From an uncultured archaeon (GTDB lineage Archaea > Nanobdellota > Nanobdellia > Pacearchaeales > GW2011-AR1), in the NCBI GenBank assembly GCA_903866625.1, contig CAIPOI010000005.1, forward strand, positions 16,371 to 80,370: DNA of 64,000 nucleotides. The letters are read 5' to 3'. The translations under genes were made by a program, and so were the position numbers. The notes under the pieces were generated by a model that saw only the letters and a program-made list of their open reading frames with translations, was not told the DNA's origin and searched no databases. Below are positions 1-9,256 of this stretch, in pieces. Each line of letters starts with the position of its first letter. The stretch's first letter is position 1.

Positions 1-663
1 GTATTTTTCTTCAACAATTCTGAAAACTCCTGCCTTTTTTCCGATTATTTTTTCTAAATCTTCTACAGGTGTGTTAATTACATTTTTTATTGTTCCTAGT
101 TTTTTTAGAAGCTTTTCCGCAGTCTTTGGACCTATGCTTGGGAAACTTTCTATAATATATTTTTGAGTTTCTTCTTTTGTTAAACCTTTTCTTGAATGAA
201 GTGTAAGATTCTTATTATTTTTCTGCTTTTTTGCTAAAATTACTAAGAATTTTGCAGTATCCTCTGAATCTCTTGTAAAAATAATTGGTATGTTCATTTC
301 TAATTCAATTGATAGAATCATGCCTCGAACTGCATTTTTGTTAAAACCTAAATTTTGTTCTTTTATATCTCCTTCAAGAATTAAAATTTTATTTTTATAT
401 CTTTTTAGTTCAACTAGTTGTTGAATTAACCTTTTATTTATTATACTGGAAATAAAATCTGAAATGGTTTTTCTTTCAAAAATTACATTTCCTACAATAT
501 AATCCCCTATTTTAAGAGATTGAATTTCAACTTCGGCTTTTAGTTCTTTCAAGTAAGGTATGACTAAAGAATTTTTCTCGTGAATGTCAGCTATAATTTT
601 TTGTTGGCTTGAGGAATTTTCTTTTCTTTGCTTTTTTGTTTTTGAAAATATATCAAAAATCAT
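1..663 (-). CDS. XPF/Hef-type ERCC4 nuclease domain plus HhH2. Partial: the N-terminus is in the window and the C-terminus runs off the window start.
   Basis: Reverse-complement translation from the ATG at 663 gives MIFDIFSKTKKQRKE...GDYIVGNVIFERKTISDF...LEGDIKEQ...FPSIGPKTAEKLLKKLG. This shows the ERCC4 GDY/ERK motifs and a C-terminal helix-hairpin-helix. It is absent from the ORF track because it is truncated by the window edge. Confidence 0.6.
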   Translation of the reverse strand, partial: MIFDIFSKTKKQRKENSSSQQKIIADIHEKNSLVIPYLKELKAEVEIQSLKIGDYIVGNVIFERKTISDFISSIINKRLIQQLVELKRYKNKILILEGDIKEQNLGFNKNAVRGMILSIELEMNIPIIFTRDSEDTAKFLVILAKKQKNNKNLTLHSRKGLTKEETQKYIIESFPSIGPKTAEKLLKKLGTIKNVINTPVEDLEKIIGKKAGVFRIVEEKY

Positions 664-704
664 AATTTTCTTTAGGTTTTGAAGAATATAAAACTAACTA
701 TCTA

Positions 705-2123
705 TTATTTTGAATCATAACCTAATTGTTTTAGAATTCCTTCTGCTGCTCTTATTCCTGAAGCCATTGCTCCACCAATTCCTCTTGAGAAACCCGTTCC
801 ATCTCCTGCAAAATAAAGTCCAGGCATAGAAGTTGATTGAAGATAAGAGTCTGTTGCAATTTTTATTCCGTGCATTTTTATCTCAGGACCATAAATTAAT
901 GTAGAATCCTGATTTAATCCTTCCATCAATCCTGGCACAGATAATTTTCTTAAACCATATCTAATGCTATCCATTATTCTTGCAGGCATTCCAATTCTTA
1001 CATCGCCAACCATATAATCGCTTTCTGGAAGTGTAGGTTTTATTCTCCATTCGTGAACTTTTCCAGGCTTGCTGCTTCTTTCTTGAATTAAATCTCCCAT
1101 TCTTTGTAGGATTATTTTATCTACTCCTGCTTCTCTGTAGGCTTCTGCAATTTTTAGTCCCCAATTTGCATTATTTGCTTCATTTCTTAATGGCATTCTT
1201 ACTAGTAGTGCAAAATTAGTGTTATTTGAAAGATGAACTGAAGATGAAGCTCCATTGACTAAGCAAAAATCTAATCCTCCTAATTCTGGTTTTCTATTTT
1301 TACCCTCTTTAGATACTTGGCCATAGGGGCAGACACAAAAAGTTCTTATCATATCTCCATTTGGATGACGGAACTCTAATTTTACATCTCTTTCTATATC
1401 TGTTAGATGTCTTAAAACAGCAGCATCTGTTTCAATTCTAAAACCTACATCAATGGGTCTTGAAGCATGTTCTATATTTTTTGCTTTTAATAACTTTTCA
1501 AGCCAGATAGAACCATCTCTTCCCGGTGCTATAAGTATTACATCTGCAAGATAACTTCCTTCTACCCTTGTTCTCGTATCTTGAGTGTAAACTGTTCCAT
1601 GTCTAAAACTTGTTACTTTTTCATTAGTTCTTATTTGAACTCCTCTTTTTTCTAAACTATCCTGAATTGACTTCATAAGCTCAGGTAATCTATCTGTTCC
1701 AATGTGATAATCATGAGCTAAAATATAGTCCATGTCGTTTTTTCCAGCTATAGTTGCAATTTCTCTGGCTCTTGATTCTCTTTCAGGAGTTATCTCTGGC
1801 ATTTTTCCGAAAATTGGAACATAAAAAAAAGCAAATCTTTGTTTTGATTTTATTAAATATTCTTTGTCGTCAACTCCTAGTTCGGTAAGATTTGTTCCAA
1901 TTTGTCTGCTTCCAAAAACAGTATCAAAAATATGTTTACCATCTGAATAAGCACCAATTCCTGCAACTCCACAGGCTCTATCAAAATCAATTTCTCTTCT
2001 TCTTTCTTCTACCCTTTTTCCTTGTTCGATTAAAATAACTTCTAATCCCGGAGTTCCTGCTAATTTATCTGCAGCAAATAATCCTGCTGGACCTGCTCCA
2101 ACTATAATGACTTGTTTTGGCAT
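705..2123 (-). CDS. FAD-dependent oxidoreductase/dehydrogenase (COG2509-like)
   Basis: N-terminal Rossmann dinucleotide motif VIIVGAGPAGL, 472 aa, and C-terminal GDGTGFSRGIGGAMASG, typical of FAD enzymes. Confidence 0.6.
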   Translation of the reverse strand: MPKQVIIVGAGPAGLFAADKLAGTPGLEVILIEQGKRVEERRREIDFDRACGVAGIGAYSDGKHIFDTVFGSRQIGTNLTELGVDDKEYLIKSKQRFAFFYVPIFGKMPEITPERESRAREIATIAGKNDMDYILAHDYHIGTDRLPELMKSIQDSLEKRGVQIRTNEKVTSFRHGTVYTQDTRTRVEGSYLADVILIAPGRDGSIWLEKLLKAKNIEHASRPIDVGFRIETDAAVLRHLTDIERDVKLEFRHPNGDMIRTFCVCPYGQVSKEGKNRKPELGGLDFCLVNGASSSVHLSNNTNFALLVRMPLRNEANNANWGLKIAEAYREAGVDKIILQRMGDLIQERSSKPGKVHEWRIKPTLPESDYMVGDVRIGMPARIMDSIRYGLRKLSVPGLMEGLNQDSTLIYGPEIKMHGIKIATDSYLQSTSMPGLYFAGDGTGFSRGIGGAMASGIRAAEGILKQLGYDSK

Positions 2124-2124
2124 A

Positions 2125-3195
2125 TTAATAAAATCTAAGTGTACTTATATCTTCAATTTTTGGGCCGTGAGAAACTAAGTATATTCTTGGTTCTTCTTTG
2201 GTTTCATTTATTTTATCTTGAAGTTTGCTTAAAAATTCATGTTCGTGAGCAAAACCAATGGTTCTCCAAGTATGTTCAGATAAATCTAAATGAGATACGC
2301 ATATTTTTGTTGCACCTGATAAGAATATTGCTCTTTGAAAACTTTGCCAATCAAATTTTCCTGCTCTTCTTGGTCTTCCAGACATACTTCCTGATTCTCC
2401 ACCTGCGTGAAGCAATTCTTCAAGAGTTTTTTTATCCATTATTTCATCTTTTAATGGTGCATCTTTAGCAACCGCTGTGATGTAGGGTTTTACTACGAGA
2501 TAAACCTCTCTAATTGACTGTGGGGGTAGACCTATTTCACCAAGGTAAGCAGAGGTATTTATGGTTCTTGCAGTATTGTGCGGAAAATATCCGCCAAAAT
2601 GTTGACATAACTCCATTCCATGATCTGTCTCAAATAAAATTCCTTCTCTTCTAATTAAAGCTTGGCGCATTTCTTCAACACTATCAGTTATATACTTTTT
2701 AAGATCTGGATTATCTTTTGCAAAAACTGCTCTTTTTTCAATTAAATCATGTTTTGCAGGATTAATTCCACTTAAAACACTTCCTAATTTTCTTAGATTA
2801 TTATTCTCTCTTTCTTCTTGTTTGTGAAGATCTGTAACTATTTTTGCATTAACATCGATGCCTAATCTTTCAGGAGTTAGATTTAAAGTTGGAATTTCTG
2901 CTTGAATTTCTACTATTTCTCCACTATAGGGTCTTTGTTCTTGACCTCCATATAATAATTTTTTCATATCAATAAAGCTTGCCCCTCCCAAAAGAATTCT
3001 AAGATTTGAATTTACTGCTGCACAAGGTAAGTGTGCAATTCCTACTCTTTTTCCATCAAGATAGATGCTATGTCCTGCTTGTGGCGAAGCACTTCTTACG
3101 GCTATAGAATAGTCTCCATGTAATCCTAACCATGCAGAAAAATTTCCTTTTGCTTCATCTCCTCTCTGACCCCCAATAACAACATCAACTCCCAT
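2125..3195 (-). CDS. purA: adenylosuccinate synthetase (short archaeal form)
   Basis: Motifs line up with PurA: GDEAKGN (P-loop GDEGKGK), SPQAGHS (GHNAGH), GSVLSGINPA (GTTGRGIGPAY), FETDHG (LDIDHGTYP), SGRPRRAG (TTGRRRR) and VSHLDL (LTKLDVL). Confidence 0.7.
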   Translation of the reverse strand: MGVDVVIGGQRGDEAKGNFSAWLGLHGDYSIAVRSASPQAGHSIYLDGKRVGIAHLPCAAVNSNLRILLGGASFIDMKKLLYGGQEQRPYSGEIVEIQAEIPTLNLTPERLGIDVNAKIVTDLHKQEERENNNLRKLGSVLSGINPAKHDLIEKRAVFAKDNPDLKKYITDSVEEMRQALIRREGILFETDHGMELCQHFGGYFPHNTARTINTSAYLGEIGLPPQSIREVYLVVKPYITAVAKDAPLKDEIMDKKTLEELLHAGGESGSMSGRPRRAGKFDWQSFQRAIFLSGATKICVSHLDLSEHTWRTIGFAHEHEFLSKLQDKINETKEEPRIYLVSHGPKIEDISTLRFY

Positions 3196-3346
3196 AAAAA
3201 GAAATCATGTTTTCTTACTTATAAAGACTTATCAACTTTAATATATGTTTTAGAGAATATTAAATAAGGTTTTTTGATTGAGGTAATAGATTTTTAATAA
3301 TTACAAATATCCTAATTCAATGCTGGTTTAATCTATAGGTGTTTGA

Positions 3347-4960
3347 TTAGTACAGTCTCCTTTGTGTTTCTTCATTGTTTGTTTTATCTTCTAAATCTTT
3401 TACATAGTCTTTTAGACTTATTATTTCATTAGCTTCTAAGTTCTCTTTTACAGATTTTATTGCAGAATACATTTTTTTCTCTTTACCTATGGAAGCATAG
3501 TGATAAGCTTCATCGCGAGTTGCTTTTGTTAAAAGTATAATTAGTTCGCCTTTCATTAGTCTGGCAGTTCTTCCTGCTCTCTGAATTTTTCTTATGGCAC
3601 TTGGAATTGGTTCATAGAAAATAACTGCATTAACTTCTGGAATGTCCAGACCTTCTTCACCAATTGAAGTTGAGCATAAAACATTTATTCTTCCTTCTTT
3701 AAAATCATTTATCACTTGATTTTGTTCTTTTTGATTTAAACCTGATTCTCCTGCTTTTGTTGTTTTCTTAGCTTGGCCCACAAACATTTTTGCTTTTATA
3801 TTTTGTATCTTATTTAGTTCACCTTCAATTTTTTTTGCAGTTGCTCTAAATTGAGAAAAAATCATTATTTTTGCCTTAGGGTTTTCTTTTATTTTTTCTT
3901 CTATAATTGTTTTTAACATGAGGAGTTTTGGATGCTCAATTTTTTTTGCAATAAGCTCATTTAATAAAATATATGCCTGATTAAATTCTGGCTGCTTGAT
4001 GAGGTTTACGACTGCTTTTGAAGAATTTTCTTTAGCTTGTTGAAAAATACTTTGAAAATACTCCTGAGTTGAATCTAAAGTTTGAGTTTCTAAGAGTTCT
4101 ATAGCATGACTAATCTTTATTGCTTGACTACAAATACTAACTCCCACCATTAGATTGAAATGTTTATTTCCAGAGTTTATCGATTTCATTATTCTACCCT
4201 GGGCTTCTAAGAGAAATTTTTTTGTGGGAGGCATGAATAATAGTTTTCTATTTCTTAGTTCTTCTATATTCTTGTTGAATATTTTTTTTAATAAATCTCT
4301 TATTTTTGCAAAATCTTCTGGAAATTCTACTTCTATTTTTTTGAAATTTAGTTCTTGTAAATAAGGCTTTACATCCGAACTTTCTCGTGTTCTAAGTTCT
4401 ATAGATTCAATATTGAGATTTTTAGCTATTTGCTCAACAGTTTTCTTCTCTGCGCCAGGGCTAGCAGTTAAGCCTAAAATTCTCTGATTTTGAGCTTGTT
4501 CTTTATATCTTTGAGCAACATAGGTGTAAGAATAATTTTTTAAACATCTATGGCACTCATCTTCTATTAGTAAAGAAACTTCACTTAAGTCATATAAATA
4601 TTTTTTTAAATCATTTGCGATGCATTGAGGGGTTGAAAATATTACTTCTGCAGTCTGCCAAATCTTTCTTCTTTTTTCTGCATCAATCTTTCCAGTAAAA
4701 AGCTCCATCTCTGCAAATAACTCTGGAAGGTTTTTTTGAAAATACTCTAGGTGTTGTTGAGCTAAAGGTCTTGTTGGTGCAAGAAAAAGCACTTTGCTTT
4801 TTGGATATTTTTTTATTCGATTTATTGAAAGCATAAGGGCAATAAGAGTTTTTCCTATTCCTGTTGGAAGAACAACTAAACAGTTTTTATCTTTACATTT
4901 TTCATAGATTTCTTTTTGATAATCTCGGGGTTTTATATTCTTTAGTGTTTCGTAGGGCAT
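3347..4960 (-). CDS. Hef/FANCM-like superfamily-2 helicase (helicase domain only)
   Basis: RDYQKEIYEKC...LPTGIGKT (Walker A), DECHR (DEAH box) and the helicase C motif QAKKTTKAGESGLNQKEQ...IGEEGLDIPEVNAVIFYEP. There is no nuclease domain in this ORF. Confidence 0.7.
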   Translation of the reverse strand: MPYETLKNIKPRDYQKEIYEKCKDKNCLVVLPTGIGKTLIALMLSINRIKKYPKSKVLFLAPTRPLAQQHLEYFQKNLPELFAEMELFTGKIDAEKRRKIWQTAEVIFSTPQCIANDLKKYLYDLSEVSLLIEDECHRCLKNYSYTYVAQRYKEQAQNQRILGLTASPGAEKKTVEQIAKNLNIESIELRTRESSDVKPYLQELNFKKIEVEFPEDFAKIRDLLKKIFNKNIEELRNRKLLFMPPTKKFLLEAQGRIMKSINSGNKHFNLMVGVSICSQAIKISHAIELLETQTLDSTQEYFQSIFQQAKENSSKAVVNLIKQPEFNQAYILLNELIAKKIEHPKLLMLKTIIEEKIKENPKAKIMIFSQFRATAKKIEGELNKIQNIKAKMFVGQAKKTTKAGESGLNQKEQNQVINDFKEGRINVLCSTSIGEEGLDIPEVNAVIFYEPIPSAIRKIQRAGRTARLMKGELIILLTKATRDEAYHYASIGKEKKMYSAIKSVKENLEANEIISLKDYVKDLEDKTNNEETQRRLY

Positions 4961-5004
4961 AGTTTAGAATTCTTTAGGTTGTATATAAATTTATAGAACT
5001 GAAT

Positions 5005-5655
5005 TTAAATGAAAACAACTATTGCAGTTATTGCTAAGATTACTAAAGAAGAAACATAAAGTGGTCTTGAACCGAAAAATATTTTTCCGCCATCAAATCT
5101 ACTTAGTGGAATCATATTCCATGCTGAATAGTACAAACAATATTTTGCTAATTCTTGAAATGGGAAAAAGCTAAAATAGGAATTTAAGATCGTGGCGACC
5201 ATAGCTAGAACCCAAATTGTCACAAAGCTATAAAAAGCAATCAGGCATTCATCCCATTCAGTAACTGTACTAAATCTTAGTCTTCCGTATTGTTTAGATA
5301 CTTTAGATACTAAGGCCTGAGTTTGAAATTGAAGAAAAGCAAGAACTTTTATGAATCCGTTTGAAATAAGCAAGAATAAAAGAGGAAATAATAATCCTGC
5401 TGGAATTGGCTTTCTAAAATAATCTCTTTTTGCTATCCAAAATCTTTGCCAGCTTATTATGCTGATTGTTATTTTAGTATCTATCTTTTTTGCCACAATT
5501 TTTTTTGAATAGACTGATAACCCAATTATTATAATTGAAGCTATTAAGGAAAATGTTAAGGCATCAATTACATGAACTTCCTTTGAAAATAAGAAAAGAG
5601 AGATGGTCATTAATAATACTGCTAGAATAATCGAAATTACTTCTTTTTTTTCCAT
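5005..5655 (-). CDS. polytopic membrane protein with an S2P/M50-like C-terminal NxxPxxxxDGG motif but no HExxH
   Basis: Multiple hydrophobic helices; WNMIPLSRFDGGKIF resembles the LDG motif of site-2 proteases; no HExxH was found. Confidence 0.35.
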   Translation of the reverse strand: MEKKEVISIILAVLLMTISLFLFSKEVHVIDALTFSLIASIIIIGLSVYSKKIVAKKIDTKITISIISWQRFWIAKRDYFRKPIPAGLLFPLLFLLISNGFIKVLAFLQFQTQALVSKVSKQYGRLRFSTVTEWDECLIAFYSFVTIWVLAMVATILNSYFSFFPFQELAKYCLYYSAWNMIPLSRFDGGKIFFGSRPLYVSSLVILAITAIVVFI

Positions 5656-5783
5656 TCTACTTTTTCTATGATTTTTTAATATAAAAATCTATCTAATCCT
5701 TCTAACTTTTTGAAAAACAATATAAACAAAACTATTTTTTTCACAATAGAAAACTATATAAATACCCTTTTTTTAAAACCATT

Positions 5784-6092
5784 ATGTTAAAGATAAAAAA
5801 GATAAGTTCAATGCTTGGAAAAAGAGTGTTCACAGACAATGGTGATTTCTTTGGAGAGATTGAAGAAGCAGTTTTAGCTGAGAATAAGATTGATTCTTGG
5901 AGAATAAGAGTTTCTAAAGAGATGATGAGAAGTCTTAATGGCGCAAGAGGAGTAATCATACCCCATCAATTTGTTAAAGCGATAGGAGATGTTTTCGTAG
6001 TTAATAGAGCAAGCCTTCCAATTTCTGATATAGAAGAATCTAGTGTATCCGAGTCAGAAACAATGGATCTTTCTTCTGCAAATCAGAACTAA
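5784..6092 (+). CDS. PRC-barrel domain protein
   Basis: LGKRVFTDNGDFFGEIEEAVLAENKIDSWRIRV is a PRC-barrel-like pattern; the acidic C-terminal tail is common in archaeal PRC proteins. Confidence 0.5.
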   Translation: MLKIKKISSMLGKRVFTDNGDFFGEIEEAVLAENKIDSWRIRVSKEMMRSLNGARGVIIPHQFVKAIGDVFVVNRASLPISDIEESSVSESETMDLSSANQN

Positions 6093-6114
6093 ATAACTGA
6101 TACTTAAATAAAAA

Positions 6115-6606
6115 ATGGTGAATTTTTTAACTTTAGATATTTTTCAAAATATAATCCTGCCGTTTTTATTGGTTTTTACACTTATTTTTGCAATATTGGA
6201 GAAGTCAAATCTTCTGGGCAAGGATAAACATCAAATTAATGCAATTATGGGCTTTGTTATTGCGGGCTTACTTGTGGGGGTTTACAAATATGTAGATATG
6301 ATTCACCAGTTTGTGATATTTTTAGTTATAGCTTTAGTTATACTATTTGTATTTCTAATGATTTCAGGATTTGCTTTTGGAACAACAGATGGAGATGTTT
6401 TTAAGAATTACACTTGGGCAAAGTGGGTTTTGACTGCAATAGGATTTATCGCTTTAGTTATTGCTGTATTAGTTATTACCAAAACTTGGGATAAATTTTT
6501 GAATTTTATCACAAATTCAAATGTTGGAACAAATATTATTTTTGCTATAATTATCATTGCTGCTCTTGCTGCAGTTTTATTTGGTGGTAAGAAAGCCAAC
6601 AGTTAA
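6115..6606 (+). CDS. small 4-5 TM membrane protein (paralog family A)
   Basis: Hydrophobic helices; shares the LPFLLxF...NAI...FGGKK architecture and length with the next gene. Confidence 0.45.
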   Translation: MVNFLTLDIFQNIILPFLLVFTLIFAILEKSNLLGKDKHQINAIMGFVIAGLLVGVYKYVDMIHQFVIFLVIALVILFVFLMISGFAFGTTDGDVFKNYTWAKWVLTAIGFIALVIAVLVITKTWDKFLNFITNSNVGTNIIFAIIIIAALAAVLFGGKKANS

Positions 6607-6663
6607 TTTTAGCAAAAGATATATAAAGACTTAGAATTTAAGTTAATAAGAAAAAAAGGTCAA

Positions 6664-7176
6664 ATGGCAATAGAATCAATATTATTATATAGTGGACTGG
6701 GTATAACTGGGTTGTTAAATGATTGGGCTCAATCTGGAGTTTTTTCTTATGTTCTTCCTTTTTTGTTAATCTTTGCTTTTGTTTACGGATTATTAGCTAA
6801 GATAAAAGTTTTCGGAGAGAATAAGGGAGTTAATGCAATTATTGCTTTAGCTATTGGTGGATTGAGTTTAGTTAATGATTATGTTCCGAGATTTTTTGAG
6901 TCAATAATTCCTAATCTTGGAATTGCAATAAGTATTCTTCTTGCAGCAATAATACTTGGAGGATTATTCTTAGATGATGATAAGTTTTCTTGGGTAAAGA
7001 AAGTTATATGGGCTGTTGGTGCAATTGCTTTCTTAGCGGTGGTTTTCAGTAGCCTTTCTGATTTTACATTTTCAGGAAATTTCTTCTGGTATGAATATGG
7101 TTCTACTTTGATAACTTTGGTTTTACTTGTTGGAGCTATAGCTTTTGTTATATTTGGTGCCGGAAAGAAGCCTTAG
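6664..7176 (+). CDS. small 4-5 TM membrane protein (paralog family A)
   Basis: Similar length, topology and motifs (VLPFLLIFAF, ...FGAGKKP end) to 6115-6606. Confidence 0.45.
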   Translation: MAIESILLYSGLGITGLLNDWAQSGVFSYVLPFLLIFAFVYGLLAKIKVFGENKGVNAIIALAIGGLSLVNDYVPRFFESIIPNLGIAISILLAAIILGGLFLDDDKFSWVKKVIWAVGAIAFLAVVFSSLSDFTFSGNFFWYEYGSTLITLVLLVGAIAFVIFGAGKKP

Positions 7177-7356
7177 TTGTTGAAAGAAGTTGGGTTGGGG
7201 AGTTTGAGTTGAATTTATTGATTATGTTCTCTGTTGGTGTTGTGGATTAGTTCCATTAATTCAATAAGAGTTTAATTTAGAATAGATAAAATAGATAATC
7301 TTGGTTTGAAGAAAGGTTTGACTGTTTATAGTTTTTGGGTTAATAATCTTAGTAAA

Positions 7357-7866
7357 TTATTTTTTTGCCTTAACCAAGAACCAACCAACGATTACTATTG
7401 ATAGAATAAAAACCAAAGCATCTCCGAAGTTTTTAGAATAAATGAAGTCTTTTAATTCTGACATATTTGAATCTAAACCCGCATCACTTGAGTGAGGAAG
7501 CATGTGATTTAGGGCCGTAAAATGGGAGAAAGCCATAAACACTATTACAATTATAGCTATTGCAAATCCTATCCACATGATATATTTTTTTACATTTCCT
7601 AATTCTTTATCTCCTACTAATATAACTGATAAAAGCACTAAAAATCCTATAACGGCTATGATTGCTATAACTGGAACTAAGTCAATAGCATAGTTGGTTA
7701 TTTTTGTTGAAGAAACTACTAATAGAGCTAAAAGTAAGCTAAGAGTTACAAGAACCCAATTTCCACCTTCTATTTTTGTAGCTTTAAGTGTGAAGTAGCT
7801 TATGATAAATACTAAAAGCATAACTAATATTGGTGCATAATAGTGTGTTTGTGAGAGGTCAATCAT
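7357..7866 (-). CDS. small membrane protein (possible third paralog of family A)
   Basis: 169 aa, same helix spacing, and a KAKK C-terminus. Confidence 0.4.
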   Translation of the reverse strand: MIDLSQTHYYAPILVMLLVFIISYFTLKATKIEGGNWVLVTLSLLLALLVVSSTKITNYAIDLVPVIAIIAVIGFLVLLSVILVGDKELGNVKKYIMWIGFAIAIIVIVFMAFSHFTALNHMLPHSSDAGLDSNMSELKDFIYSKNFGDALVFILSIVIVGWFLVKAKK

Positions 7867-7928
7867 AGTGATATTACTTAAAAACTATTTATAAATCTTT
7901 CTGTATGTTGTAACTAAGAAGTGGTGGT

Positions 7929-8684
7929 TTATCTAAAATAATCTTCAAAACTTGCAGAATCTGATGAATCTATTCTTGCGGCTTGCTGTTGTTGAGGTTT
8001 TTGTTGAGTCTGTTTTGCTTGAATTGGTTTTTGCTTGCTTTTTTGTGAAGGCATTTGTTGTTCTGGTTCTTGATTTGAACTATTAACTCCTCTTTGCTTA
8101 TCTAAAAGAGGATTTATCATTTTTGAAAAAGCTCCTTGGGTAGCTTTTATTTCTTCAGATATTCCTTGTATGGCTTCCCCATAATCTCCCATTTTTCTTA
8201 TTATTGCGGATTGAAGCTCTTGCATAATTGATTCTACTTTGTTTAACCTATTATCTAAGTTTTGAATTTCAAATTTTAAATCAGTCTTTAATTTGCTTAA
8301 GGCTTCAACTTCTTGCCTTATTTTTTTTGTTGCTTCTTCAGATTCTTGTTTTGCAATATCTCTGACAGTTTCAACGTCAACTGCTTGAGAATAATAGTTT
8401 TGGTTGTAATCTTGGTATTGTTGTTGATACTGGCCTTGCTCTGGAGCATATTGAACTTGTTCTTGTTGTGGCTGTTCTTGAGAATATTGTTGATTTTGCA
8501 TTATACTTGGTTGAAGTTCTTCATTTTCTTGATTACCGGGATAGATTGCAGATTTAATCTTCAGTTGGGAAAATGCTTCATTAACTTGATTAGAAGGATA
8601 ACCTTGCTCTCTTAAAGCAGAAACTATCTGATTATCACTTTGTCCAGATTGCCTCATTTTTTCTATTTGTTCAAGTAGTGCCAT
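7929..8684 (-). CDS. Q-rich low-complexity coiled-coil protein with an N-terminal UBA-like segment
   Basis: N-terminal SDNQIVSALREQGYPSNQVNEAF is UBA/NAC-like; there is a long Q/E/Y-rich stretch (QYSQEQPQQEQVQYAPEQGQYQQQYQDYNQNYY), then heptad-like coiled coil, then a Q/K-rich tail. Confidence 0.5.
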   Translation of the reverse strand: MALLEQIEKMRQSGQSDNQIVSALREQGYPSNQVNEAFSQLKIKSAIYPGNQENEELQPSIMQNQQYSQEQPQQEQVQYAPEQGQYQQQYQDYNQNYYSQAVDVETVRDIAKQESEEATKKIRQEVEALSKLKTDLKFEIQNLDNRLNKVESIMQELQSAIIRKMGDYGEAIQGISEEIKATQGAFSKMINPLLDKQRGVNSSNQEPEQQMPSQKSKQKPIQAKQTQQKPQQQQAARIDSSDSASFEDYFR

Positions 8685-8721
8685 TTTCTCTTTTTCTTAT
8701 TTTATTATGTTATTGGGGTTT

Positions 8722-9102
8722 TTAATTTTGTTGTTTTTTGGAATTGATAGCTTTTTCTATCATTCTTTCAACATCCGTTAGTCTTGCTATCTCTAATGGT
8801 TGAAACATTTCAAACTGTTTTCTCATTATATCTAATTCTGTTTTTCTTGCAAAGTTATTTGAACTTTCTATTATACTGGTAAGAGTCATTTTTATCCTTT
8901 TTAATTCATCAGATAGGTCAAATATTTTGGTTTTTATCTCTAATAATTCTGATTCTATCTCTGATTTTTGGCTTACCAGATTTTCTCCTATTAGTAGAAC
9001 TCTATCTTTGATGATATTTTGCTTCTCTTCCAAATCTCTTAACTTTACATTAATGTCATTAAAGATGTCATTTACGGAATTTGATTGTTGTTCTTCTACC
9101 AT
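8722..9102 (-). CDS. coiled-coil protein
   Basis: 126 aa with heptad-like repeats (LRDLEEKQNIIKDRV..., LEIKTKIFDLSDELKRIK). It is co-oriented with the Q-rich gene and divergent from the pilus ATPase. Confidence 0.5.
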   Translation of the reverse strand: MVEEQQSNSVNDIFNDINVKLRDLEEKQNIIKDRVLLIGENLVSQKSEIESELLEIKTKIFDLSDELKRIKMTLTSIIESSNNFARKTELDIMRKQFEMFQPLEIARLTDVERMIEKAINSKKQQN

Positions 9103-9256
9103 TCTCTTTTTTCTTATTTTACAAGGTTCTGAGGGTTTAAAATTGTTGTTCTTTTAATATATTTCTTAGATTTTCAGATATATGCTGGTTTGGAGAAAAC
9201 TATTTAATATCATTAAAGTTTATCCTATAGATAAATGAGGTAATTATAGCTGTAAA

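Noticed and set aside
2139-2468. Plus-strand 109-aa ORF inside and antisense to purA. The same kind of ORF occurs antisense to or overlapping real genes at 4155-4364, 5741-5959, 6408-6599, 8313-8615, 8927-9157, 17894-18130, 18676-18942, 18695-18901, 19098-19370, 20913-21107, 21565-21783, 21847-22092, 22681-22989, 23314-23652, 24104-24340, 26315-26506, 27560-27811, 31096-31281, 35445-35711, 37820-38104, 38195-38548, 38717-38947, 39767-40114, 39843-40043, 40989-41186, 41497-41688, 47700-47906, 53245-53478, 56060-56260, 56609-56815, 56668-56895, 61611-61931, 62911-63150 and 63644-63826.
   Set aside because: Each lies antisense to, or frame-shifted within, a well-supported gene with recognisable motifs. 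Their translations are low-complexity F/L/I/S-rich strings typical of AT-rich antisense frames. None has a start-site context or a recognisable domain.
5005-5655. Annotating the 216-aa membrane protein as a site-2 protease (M50).
   Set aside because: A C-terminal NxxPxxxxDGG-like motif is present but no HExxH zinc-binding motif exists in the sequence, so a protease call is not supported.
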